Shown: positions 13,403-26,300 of the stretch, piece after piece
How the letters are laid out: each line of letters begins with the position of its first letter
Position numbering within the stretch: position 1 is the stretch's first letter
From: Trichoplax sp. H2
Lineage: Eukaryota
Reading direction: 5' to 3'
Assembly (NCBI GenBank): GCA_003344405.1
Contig: NOWV01000015.1
Location: forward strand, 310,001 to 374,000
Length of the DNA stretch: 64,000 nucleotides
The notes under the pieces: generated by a model
Told to the model about the DNA's origin: nothing
What the model saw: the letters and a program-made list of their open reading frames with translations, nothing else
Database searches by the model: none
Program-made: the position numbers and the translations under genes

Positions 13403-15461
13403 ATATCAATGCAGCATATGCCTGCAGCTACAGCAAATCTGAATACCATTTGAATATTATCTCGCCTGAAAGCATAGACGTAGATCTTGATGGAATATCT
13501 ATAATAAATGGTTGAAACAGTACTGCATACTAATTGCCAGAGCATATTAAATTCCTAGCGTGATAACGGCCTCAGGACGTCTTAATGAGCGATTCTATCT
13601 TCATGTCAACGGCATATAATACACAGTTTATAGGAATATTCATATGCATAATGTATGATGTAAGCTCATATTTAGAAATTGAAACAGTATTTGTCGTACC
13701 ATTTTATGGAAGAATATTTTGCAATCACTGATTATGCAAGTCGACAGAGTTTAAAGTTAGTCAGCTACGATACTTGTACTCGTATTAGTCAGTATTCCAT
13801 TTGAATGTCCAACAAGACCAAATATACAGTATTATGATCTGCGCGATTTTATGTAACTAATTACATAATTGTTCTACTATTTACCTTCTATTGATCTGCA
13901 ATGCTGCGATTATCTTACTCATTACTTTAAATATCATAGTAGCAATCAACCATGTAATTTAGTCGATCTTATAATAGTGGTCTTACGTAGACAGACTACG
14001 ACAGGGGCTATTAAATATAATTATAAAGATAGCTATCTTTGGCAATTCCCGAAATTTAGTCCAATACTATGCTAGCCACGTTATATTCGGTGTAGTTCAT
14101 ATAACAACCAAGCTATCAATTATTTCACAGCTTACAGCACAGTAAGGAAAAGAAAAATGCAATAAATTCCTTACCAATCAAACTGTCTTATAGTATAGGA
14201 TAACGATGTCATTAACATTAAATAAATTCATTTTATTTTTTATTATTCAACGATTTCATTCTTAGAAATACTTTTCGACTATTCCAATAGCAGGCATTAC
14301 TTAAAATAGTACAGATAGATAAAAGAATAGATAAATCTTCACTTTTAACTATAACACATAAAAAAATTCTATTCAAGTGCATAATAGAATAACTTTACTT
14401 AAAAGTTTGTCCTACATTTTATAGAGATTCAATAAATAAGCTAATATTAATGAAATCGATTTAGAAAATAGAATATATCAATTTCAGGATCTAAAAGAAT
14501 TGAGCAAAGTCTTACGCCAAGCGTCATATGCCTAAAATTTGACAAATTTGTGCATATCTAGAATAAAATCTTAGTATTTAGCTCTAGGGAATTTAGATGA
14601 AGACATGAAATTTAAGCAAAGTGATGAAATACTTTCACTAGCAGAGAATTAAATTCGATTAGCAAGTTATTGTAACTGGAAAATTTCAAAGGAAATAAAA
14701 ATAAAAATTATATGGCAAGACTTGCTGTTATAGACTAGAAATAGTGAGAACCGAAAGAGTATAAGATTTACGAATCTGTCGCATCTGCACTTACTTCAAG
14801 TTGATTTAAATAGATTGAATCTTAAAGGAATCGTTTTTAAAGTAAAGCATTGTGCAGTTTGTAGCAAATAAGAATATTACTTGCCTGAATAAAGGAATTG
14901 AATGGTTTCTCTCCAATATTTAAGCACTAAATTAATTTCTTTATCCAACAGTAAGTAAGGTTATTAATAATCTATCTCAATATAAAAATCATTTAAATTA
15001 GTATCGTAATTTGCTATTATTTACAGCATGTGTTATATCCTCTAACTCAGTATTATTATGAATACGCACGAATATCATCCTCCGGTACAACATAAGATAG
15101 CATAACTGTATTGGTGATTGTTATCATACGAGAACTACATCTAGTTAGGTGATCTGACAAATCTGTAACTAATCAGTATCCGAAAGACTACATACTTATA
15201 ATATTGCACATCGTGCAATCAGTCATGCAAGAATTGAGAGATTGAGAGGTTTTACTCATTCTAGTTTCTAGAGATACTCTTAAAGTTCTGAATAGTAAAG
15301 TTCTTGAGATATCTGTAGTGGAGTACATTAGTGATATATAACTTCTTAAATTGCTGAGAATAATTCTAAATCTATTTCAATAGAAATTATTAAACGTAAC
15401 TTATAAAGATTCCACAAGTATTGCTTCATCCCCGAGTCTTACAAGAGTACCTTCGTCAGGT

Positions 15462-15479
15462 TATATATATATATATATA
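15462..15479. repeat. (TA)n microsatellite
   Basis: Run of tatatatatatatatata. Confidence 0.8.
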
Positions 15480-17348
15480 CCTACATATATTCATTGAGGG
15501 CTGCAAATACAAAAACTAACTAAAGCTAAAGTTTCATAGTATTTCTTTAAAAATTTATTTACTTGTTCACGAAAAAATTATTGCACTGATTTGATTTTGA
15601 ATAAATATAGTTACATTATTACAATAACAAACAAAAGTAGCAGTTTATTTAGTCTTTTAATTCAATTAACCAATCAGTATCAATTTGAGGCTAGTCAATG
15701 ATTTCTGAAATGAACTCCTGAGGGTTAAGTAAACTTATAGAAATTTTTGTTTCTTCACGTACGATATCAGTAATAGGATTATCTAGTAGTTAGCAATCAC
15801 TGAATTAAACTGTGGAAAGCTATTCCAGCATTCAAAATATCACTATATCTTTTCACATTAATAACTTCTTTATGGGCCTTGATGTCATCCAATACCGCAT
15901 GATATCTGATCCTTGAAGGAGAACACATTAAATTTCAAATATAGAAATGGAACCAGAAAAACAAATCAAGCCTACAAATTAAGTACCATTCATAACATAT
16001 CTGTAGATCACAATTTTATAAGCTAACCTATTGCCTTCAATAAAGACTAATAAACATCAATACTCTAGATTAACACCTAGCATAATGTATCATATAATAT
16101 TATAAATCATAATCATAAACTCTAATCTAACTTTGATAAACCTTTAAAAATGGGGTGATATTTAATTTCCATAGGCATAGATTACATTTTTAGCATTTTT
16201 TGAATGGGTAATGTACTATTTTTTATTTGTATCAGCTTGCCAAATAATTTAGATTATCAATTTAATGAGGGGATTTCTTTCGAAACTGTAAACAAGAATT
16301 TAAATAAAGATATACAATGGTTACAATTCTAACTGATTAGCTCTTGTAAATAGTTTATCCGTTCCAACATTACTTTTTTACAATAGTTTTTTTCATCATT
16401 GTATACCACTAGCTACATTAAAAATTTGTACTACGTACCAGATTTCTCATCCTCTATTTCCATTCTTTTAAAGAACTAGTACTTGTTCAAAAGCTTTATT
16501 TTACAAAGAATCTAAAATCTCTTCCTTCCTTACTCGAAGAAAACTGATTTCACTTAAAAACAGTGAGAAATACTTCTTAGCCCTTTCTACTATCAAACTT
16601 CTAGTCAGCGTAACTGGTCAAAAAAATACTGCCCTTTGTAAATAACTCAATATAACGATTTCTTTGTGATCTACCTTAACATAATATGAAATTGACCACA
16701 ATATCAGGTTGGGTATTTAGATCGCTCCGTAGCTTTTAATATATTCTTAAATATAGGCATTTTTTTATTGGCTTAGTATAGAAATCTGTACTGAGTCTGT
16801 TTCAACTATACTCAAACACTGTTATTCTCAGTTATTTATAGTACACACAATTTTCGCAATTTCCAATCTATTGCAATTACATAATCTATCATGGAATATG
16901 TGGTATCTAATACTACAATCCTGTTCTCCGCATGCGTTGCATATCAAAAGTTATAAATACTGATGATTTTTGTCTCCAATTTGTTAGTTTTACCTGTCCA
17001 TGTTAGTATCAACGCACGCTGTAATTCGGTAGCTTACATGCTGATCTAGCAACTAACGCACTACATTTTACACAGTTACTATCTACAATAAAGTATCCAT
17101 CTTTCCAATAAATCCCTAATATAATTCTGTGAATGGCTACTAAGTCCACATTTGCAGACTATTCGAACCCTACATTACACAAAGTAACAAACAGAATACT
17201 GTAATTGTTAGCGATGCAAACTTAAAAAGCAAACAAGAATCCGTCACAAGTCATCCGGAACCGTTCCCAGTAAAAACGACCTTGCAATTTAAAATTTATC
17301 TAAATTTTTCATTCAATTATAAGGATTTTAAGCCTTTCCTATATTACC

Positions 17349-20300
17349 ATGGCAAATCAACAAGAGGCTGGCAAATGGCCAGAAGATTTTGATGACAGTC
17401 AATTCAAGAATGGATCAAAGATTAAACAATTTTTAATCACCTTCATTGAAAATTTTATCTCAGTGTTGCAAGAGATGTCTAATATGCTTGAACTTCAAAT
17501 TGAATTAAAGTCAGGGATAATTGCAGATTCTACATCACAATTTCTGGATGGTATTAAATCCTTTCTATTAGCAGTCTCGCATGATGGACTGTATAATATA
17601 GCAAAAGGAAACGAAATAATACAAAGACTAATCGACGAAATTACCGAAAGGCGCGATCGTAAATTCATCAAAAAAATTATTGACCGTCTAACTCCCAACA
17701 AAGATAGCATTAAATTAGCTATATCCATAATGGCTTGCGATCTTGTCAGAATCTATGAGCAGCAAATATCTATTATTTCTGGTTATAGCGATAATTACTA
17801 CGTTAAAAAATTTGCAAATGATATGGTCAAGGTGATCATCAGGTACATTTTAAATGAGGAAGATAGCCCACCGGAAAAGCCGACTGATATTGCGAAATTT
17901 GTTATCCCATGTCTTTTTAATCCTAATTTTGCCAAAAAAAAGTGGTTAGTTGAGATTTTATAAAATAATTTTATTTGTAAATCTCATATTGTTCTATAAC
18001 AACTTTAATTGATAAGTAGAGAAGATGGTTTTTAGTTGCCCATAGTGATTTCAGCTAATAATAAAAGTAATGCGTAGTAAAATTTCTACATAAATTTAAA
18101 GTCAGCACTCTGTAAACTAGATTAGACATATCTATTTAATACAGTAATTGTAGATGATAGCTAGTATGATGAGACGGTGTGTACTAGTACTAATAGTACT
18201 ATGTTATCTACAGAATTGACTGTATATTAATAACTCAAAACTGAGTTGATGGATTGTGAACCAAAGGGTTATAAAATTTGTTCATTAAAATAAAGATACC
18301 TTTTTTAGCGAAATCACTATTTCAACCCAATAGTAAAATAGTTCAATACTTTATCATTATTCTACTAGTATGAGCCAGCTCATAGCATTCCATTTTATCT
18401 TAATGTTTTTTACCAAAATTATAAGCAATTATAACTTACACCTACTTGGATTAAATTTTTAGAATAATAACTAATATGAGATGCAGATAAAGGCAATATA
18501 AATGGATTGATGATGATATTTTATAACTTCACTATCATTCCACTAAATGATGAGCTAGCTAACTGTACTTCACTTAGCCTAGAGACTTTTTCAACTAAAA
18601 TCATGCGTAATCTTAACTCTAATTTTACTTAGATCCTATGCATATAATGAGTTCCTTAATTAATAAAATTCACAATTTACATAGGTTAATGATAGACATT
18701 AGTTATGTAAAACTACTTTCAAAAGGAATTTCTTACGTATTTCTTAGTGTATACCTACGCGCCGTAAATGGATTCTAAAAGCTCTTTGGTTGACAAATAC
18801 TCGTTTAAATTACAGTTATTAAAATTAGCAATTGTCTAAAGTGAAGAAATTAGGTCACCACTTGTTCAACCCGAAAAGTATGATTTAATTATAGCACGCC
18901 TGATGAAGAAAATTCCATTTTCTTACCATTAAGATAATAATTAAATGTTGCTAAGTAAGATCAGTCGGGTGAATTAATAAGCCTAGCTTCTACGATAGCT
19001 ATTCCATGTGATTCCAAAATCACATGAGTAAATTATACAGTAGTATAAATCTATATAACTGTCAGCTACATCTTTAAATGCATATGACACGAAGAAAGCA
19101 AGTACACCATTTATCGTATCAGCCATCATACTATTACTTATTAAACATAGCAGACTATTCTGCTTGCTAGTACTACTGTACTCATGCTGTAGCTGCCAAT
19201 TATTGAATGACTAATATTTATACTGCAGGAAATATTATGCTAAGTGTCCACTACGATAATTAATTAACATATTGATGCTATTCATTCTTTTAGCCATGTT
19301 TCATGGCAAAATCGTTTTAAAATGCTGCAGCAAGTACTTTCATACCATAATCCTATTTTTAGGTTCAAAATAAAGAAGGGAAGTGAATTAGAAATAGTCT
19401 TACAAGAAAATGGAAACCTGAAAAAAATCAATTCACCAGATTTAATTATCAATACTGGAATTAGAGTAAAGGTGAATAATTCTTTTAAGTGCTATGATCT
19501 AAGCCACGGTGGAAAAATTGCTCTATATGGCTTCCGACAGTTGTCCTTTTTCAGCATTGGCAACCATAAAGACATAGTGAACGGCATCAACGATATTACG
19601 CATCAAATTAATATCAATGATCAATCATTATATCAGTATAAAAGCAAATTAAGCGGAAATCTAGATATGGAATCCTTTATTCATTATGCTGAACAGGTTC
19701 TAAATGTCGTCACACAGAAAGATCGATTTGAAATCACTGCTACGGTCAATGATGATCAAATCAATGTAATTACCACATTATTAACAGAGGATATTTCAAA
19801 TTTAATCAATGATAAGATGGATGCGTTCAAAATCTACCTGAAAGAAGCGTTTGGGAAAGAAATGAAAGAGATGAAAGAGATACTAGAGAAGATTGCAAAG
19901 TATCAGGATTTGATTACAAATGAAAAATTCATTTTAACTAACTCAATTGAAGAGATTTCAAAGGCTTTTAACATTCATACTCAAAAGATGATAGAAAATC
20001 TAGAAAAAGCAGGAACTGAACGAAAGCAAATTTTAGCGCTTAATCTTAGAATAGAGCAAAAGTTAGATGGTTTAGTAAATCAAATACAGAGCAATCCCAC
20101 AGATGCATCAGGTCTTAATCAACCCAACCGGAATATATCACAAGAGAGCGACAGTAAGGATACCACAGTCATTAGCAAACCTCTTTTAAAAGGTGATAAA
20201 TATCTTCACTTTTATATAACAGCAATAATTGAAATAGATCATAGATCACACCAGTAAGTCAGCAAAATTAAATGAATTTAGCTGATGATCATATCATATT

Positions 20301-23300
20301 TACGATGGTCACATTGCAACAGAACTGTAACACACGTCTTTATTACATGGGATAACAAATTACTCTAATTAGGATCTAAATTATCGAAAAATATATGATA
20401 TGGAATACTTTTTGCGATATACAGCATGAAGCACAGCCCACACATTTTTAATAATATCTAAGCTGTAGCAACCATAATTACAACAGGATTCATTAAAATA
20501 GTACTCGCATGTCACAAAAGAGAGTTACCAGCAAATTAAAACAATACGGTTTACCTATTTACTCCGTTGCATCACGTATTGTAGTACGTCGACAATTTAT
20601 AAAAATTTCAATTATCTTCATCAATAAAATCCAGATAAATCGCCGCATTAGCCGGATATCAAAACTTACTATATAGAGATACCTTCAAAGTATTACTCAT
20701 TAAATCGTACTTAAAACCTTAATCATGACCTACTTTTAACTTTAGATTTGCTAAAGAATTTTCCGATCGTACCGGACAGTCACTATATTCGTCGAGAAAA
20801 ATGGATAACTAAAATTTGTGATCAATTAAAGGAAATTGGCACGAATGACGGTCAAGTTTTAATCTATGGTTCCCCAGGAATTGGTAAAACTGTAGCAGTT
20901 GCTCAAGCAGTAGAGCGAAGTGTAATTGAGCTTGGCCACTTTCAATCCTATAAAGCATATTGGCTAGATATAGGTACTGTTAGCCATTTTAAAAATAAGA
21001 CTTTTCTATATTTATAGATAGTATTCTATAAAGTTTACAATGTATTATACAACATAATATTTAATGTATGAAATAAGACATACATGTTGCATGCAATTTC
21101 CTTCAACTAGAACTTAAGCGCTCTGATAGGATACTTCGTTTTATTTGCTCCGAAAATAGAGACATAAATAACATTTTTAATATCTAGCTAACTAGAAACA
21201 CAAGTTTAAAGCTGCAGGTCCGGAAATATACCGTACTATCTAAAATTATAACGTATTATGCTATAGCTGCTGACAGTCACAGCTGCTTGCTATCACTGTA
21301 TTTCCTAAATCAAATTACAACAAGCTTTTACGTAATATACCATAAGTATAAAGACGCTGTGATATATACCAATCACATATATCTAAAGTGTTACAGTCGA
21401 TATAAGGGCTTGGNNNNNNNNNNNNNNNNNNNNAGCAATTTGAAAAGGAATATTCTCTTACTCACTGTACAGAATATTTCATCATCCAAAAAGAAAACGG
21501 TATTCTGGTAAGGAATCATGTTCTTATAGCTATTCTTGTCTCAAATTTGGATCAATCACTCATCAGACGTATTACCGGTGTTAACTTTTCCAGGTTATAG
21601 CTGTAGCCAACAGCATGACTAAAATTTTAACATACTGCTATAGCAAAGAGAAACACTATAATTTCGAATTTGTTCTGGATCTTAAAAAGATTAGCAACTT
21701 ATGGTCTAGTCAGCGTTTAGCATTTATCACAGATAAGAGTCAAATTCATATTTACGATAAATGCAAAATACAGTTATTGCAAGTTATACAATCACCTATT
21801 AATGATGAATATAGCGAAATATCAGGTAACGAGAATCAATCATCGTTCATTTGTCGAACTAATGATCGCGAATACATTGTTTTTAAAGCAATACAGACGG
21901 CAAATCAAAGCTGATGAGATTGCCTGCCCATAATAATGTTAGAATACAAAATACACTGATTTTTTTAGTATCTTATCCAGACAGTTTTATATCTCGCAGC
22001 TATACATTGCATTATTTGTTTTTAATTACTCAGCAAGAAATTGCTGATAATAAGTTTCAGTTATTTTATAGCGGCATATTTACGGAGACAATGTTATACC
22101 TTAACAATACTTCGCAGGCCTTATTGATTTATTTTACGTAGCTAAACTTACAGTAAAAGAATTTGTACTTCGTGATATTTTATAGATTAATAGTTTATCC
22201 TAGAGAATTGGGTATACTAAAAATAGCGTAATAGCAAATGCGCTGCTAGCCAGATTTATTGCAGCAGGTTAATTTGTTTTTCATGATATTTATCAATCGA
22301 TATTTTCATGTAAGGAAAAGCGTGTACTATCGATAGCCTAATAACAAATGCACTTCCAACCAGATTTGTAACTACATGATCCAAATTTTGCTCGTGCGAG
22401 CAGAAATTAGTAAGCAATTATCATTTTTATCCAATTATATTATATTTCTTGTAGCTATACTGAGTAAATACATATGTAACTTTAAATAGGAGCCACAATG
22501 GCGATATTATTAGATAGGCTTACATCGAATTCGCTATCCATTCTATATCTATCTTACTCTACCTATTGGCATAGACAACTGCATATTTTGATAATGTTAT
22601 CTAATTATTTTGCTTTATTTTTACGTAAGCGCTTATAAATTAGCTGATTTTCCAATAAAAATTGCGATTTTTATGCTTTAGTCTGACAAGAGAACTGTTT
22701 TATATTTATTGCAAATTTCTAATAACAGGTAAATATCAGTACTTAAAATCCTATCATAGGTTAATTGTGAGGTGGATAGGCCTGAATGTGGGTTAATGAA
22801 AGTTAAATGATCGTTTTAAATTCAGCTTGTAATAAGAAAGAACAAAATTAATTGCCGTAAAACCCCTGAGCATAAGAGTAACAATTATTTCTATCTATAA
22901 CGGTGATTAAAAATAAAATCACTTGCTTGAAGCAACCCTGGTATTTGGCTATCAATTTAGTAAAGGCAATAGACAAAGTAACAAAATCATTCACTTTGAA
23001 TCTCATTCATTTAATCATTTTTCCCTAGGCTAATCTTATGATAACTCTTTCCATGAGAGACTATCCTTGTTCCTCCGCTTTTACCAAAGTATCTGGTCAT
23101 AAAAATTAAATTTTAATACTAAGTGTTACAGTGTTATATACTGTATTACAGTAGAAATATCTATGTTTGGATAATTCTGTTAGACCATCCTTATTTAGTT
23201 AACTTCTAATTTAGATATACTGTGTTTTAATATAGCATTGACTTTTTAAGACAGTGACACTTTGTCACGGTACGAACTACCGTGAAGAAATAGCTATCTA

Positions 23301-26300
23301 AATTTGGTTAATATAATATAATCTAAAGTGTTACAGTCGATATTAAGCCATTGGAAAATTTTCTAGTTTTAGAACAAAGTACTGGCTCATAAATTCGTAA
23401 AGTGAACATTTATTGGAGAAATTTGCTTATAGGATTAACGATAAATCCCTTCTTATCAGTTCTCTCATTATTAGAAAAAAATCTAAATTGACAACAAGAT
23501 TATATTAGAAACTTGAAAGCATTGGTTAACAAATTTTTACCACTATTAGCTGTAATGATTAAAGTTAATTACAGTATTTATGTATTAAATTAGCATATAG
23601 AACTTTGCCTATGCAAAGGCACAAATATATATGTACTATCTCTGAGTTAGATCTGATCTGTTTAATAATAAATGTACGAGTATATAATTATAATAATTTT
23701 AATATTTAGGTAAAATAAATGAAGATCAGCTAGCAGAAAAGTTAAAAAGCTTGTATCAAATTCTTAGTGGTTCAAAAGTCTTTTCCAATGAATTGCCCAG
23801 CATTCTGGATAATATTAATAGACTCTTTGAAGGTAACAAACGAATTTCAGCTTAATACCAATCCTTAAATTTGACAAACAGCTATTGTAGCATTAATTTT
23901 CCCTTAAAAATATCAGAGAATAGAATAAAGTCATTACATAATCAATTATGTGGTAATCTAATCGTATTCTTATCGAATTATTCTAGAGGATAAGAAAGTA
24001 GGAAATAATCTATTTGTTTTTGATGATATTTGGCATCCTTCATATTATAATTATTTTAAATTTGCTAAAAAATCAATCGCTACATCAAGAGAAATTAATC
24101 CAAATAATAAATTGCAGCCCTCAATCGAAATATCGGTAAGCACATTTAAATATTACTTAATATTGTAGTTTAAATATTTTTTATTCGTATTTCATTTTAA
24201 AGCAATAATTAATTTCATAATTAGAATTTTTACCCATCTCTCAATTAGCTAAGCTATATAGCACATTGAACGTGAATTTAGAATAAGGTATATAAAATAT
24301 ATTTATAGGAAGGTTTTACCGATATTGAAGTTCGTGAGGTTTTTAAGAAATATGAAAAAATAGAGAATGCCGAAATTTGCAAAGAGGAACCGTGGATTGA
24401 CGATATAATTATAGCTTCCGGAGGCTTACCTTTAGCTATTGGCTTAATTGGCGGCCTTGGTTTAAGAACCAATGAGCAGTGGAAAAATGCTCTTAATTCC
24501 ATCAGAGATGCGAAATGCCCCGTAAAAATTCCAAATTATGAAAATAATCTATGGGGAACAGTGGAGTTAAGCATAAAAAATTTAGGTGAACATGAGCAAA
24601 AATTTCGGCAACTTGGTGCCTTTAAATACCCAAAAGTATCCATTGATTCTATTACATCATTATGGCAGTGTGAAAAAGAAGTAGGACAAAGTATTTTGAG
24701 GAAATTTCATAGTAAATCATTGCTAAAATCTTTAGATTACGAAAGGTAAGAGCTATACATTGCATGCCAACGTTCATAATTTAATTCCTAGAACGCTTCC
24801 ATTTCCTGAATGTAATATTCTGCTAGTTCTTGATAGTAGCATAGTCGTGCCTATGACAGCAATACTGATTAGGAGGCATTAAAATCGCCTTCTATCACTT
24901 TATTTTAATCATTTGTAGTAGTAGCTCTGACAATGAAGTTGAAAGAGCTTTTATTGATCCAATATTAGTCTTTAATGTAATAAAGAATTGACCAAAAGAG
25001 TAGTTTGGCGTAGTACAAGACAGGCTCCATAATAAATTATTTACATCCCTTCTACAGGCACGTAGTTACTAATTCTTTCCTCAAAACAAAAAATCGTTGG
25101 TCTGTTCCTAGCCTTAGATAAGGCCTTGACATCAAGGATTAAAGTAGTTTCTTAGACATAAATTAATGCATATTACAATCTAGAGTAGAGCAGATCAATT
25201 TTTATATGTAGCTTTAGCGCGGTTACCTGCTAAATAGACTTGGCATTTGACAGGTAGTGTAGGTTTAAAATTCAAGAACTAATGTAGATCATTTTACACA
25301 TTTTCGATGGATGATGTCTACGCAATAATATCTGCTTTATTACCTAATTATAATCTAGACGTAAAATGGCGTAGTAAGCTTGTAATTCATCTTTTCGAAT
25401 TCTAAGCATTAATAGTCTCAACCGAATCATTTTTTATTAATCTTCTCAATATTTTATACTATTTATAATCCATTTAATTAATAATTTATCATTTTTAAAT
25501 CCAGTATGGTGAAATTTAGCAATCGATAACAGATAAAATTACTTGATTATAAGTCATCCAATTAAGTATCGTAGCCATCAATAAGAACCAACTATATATT
25601 CATAGTATATTTCTATAAATCGTGAAATATTCCAAAATCGATCTTTAAATATATATCTAAAAGTAACAAATATTAATGTCCAATGTATCTTCTTTTCTGA
25701 TATATATTATCTCTTGGAATGGGGCTATGATTGGCATAAAGTGATAACTGCGATTTGCATAACATGATGCTAAGCCATCTTCAAGTGCTTAATAGCGAAG
25801 AACAAACTCAAGAAGCGTATGAACAATCTTTAAATAAAAAGTTATTCGAAGGCTATTTGTGGCGATGCAATGGAAAGTGGAGTCAGTATCCTGAAACCGA
25901 TGTATATTTTTATCATAATATTATCGATCATGCTATAAAGGCAAATAATCATGAACTTTTAAAAAGTTTAATGAGCGATTTCCACTGGATGTCAGTCAAA
26001 TTGAAAGTATTCCAGACAATTTATAAACTATGCATTGATATCGAGAAATATATCAAGTACTTAGCTTCCAGAAAAGAGGTAAATTCAACTAAACTATAAT
26101 CATTTCTTCCAAAAAGCGCTAAGAAAAGTGAGATAGTTTTAAACTAGAAACTAATAAAATAGCTTTCATTTCTAGCTGCTGACACAAGCTAAAAATCATG
26201 TATGAATTATAAAACTGAGTTCTACACAAACCCTAACGTAAATGTATCACATTCTCTAATTAGAGCACGGTAACATAAAATATAATATATAGATTTGAAG

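Noticed and set aside
13500-17300. Hidden genes or RNA genes in long intergenic stretches (also 3700-6200 and 48100-52700)
   Set aside because: Only short low-information ORFs, with no coherent exon chain and no tRNA or rRNA pattern visible by eye. Small or non-coding exons cannot be excluded.
21914-22141. ORFs overlapping the stop codon as TGATG (also 36561-36743), resembling translational coupling
   Set aside because: They lie in the duplicated 3' flank, differ in length between the copies (75 versus 60 aa) and have no recognisable protein features.
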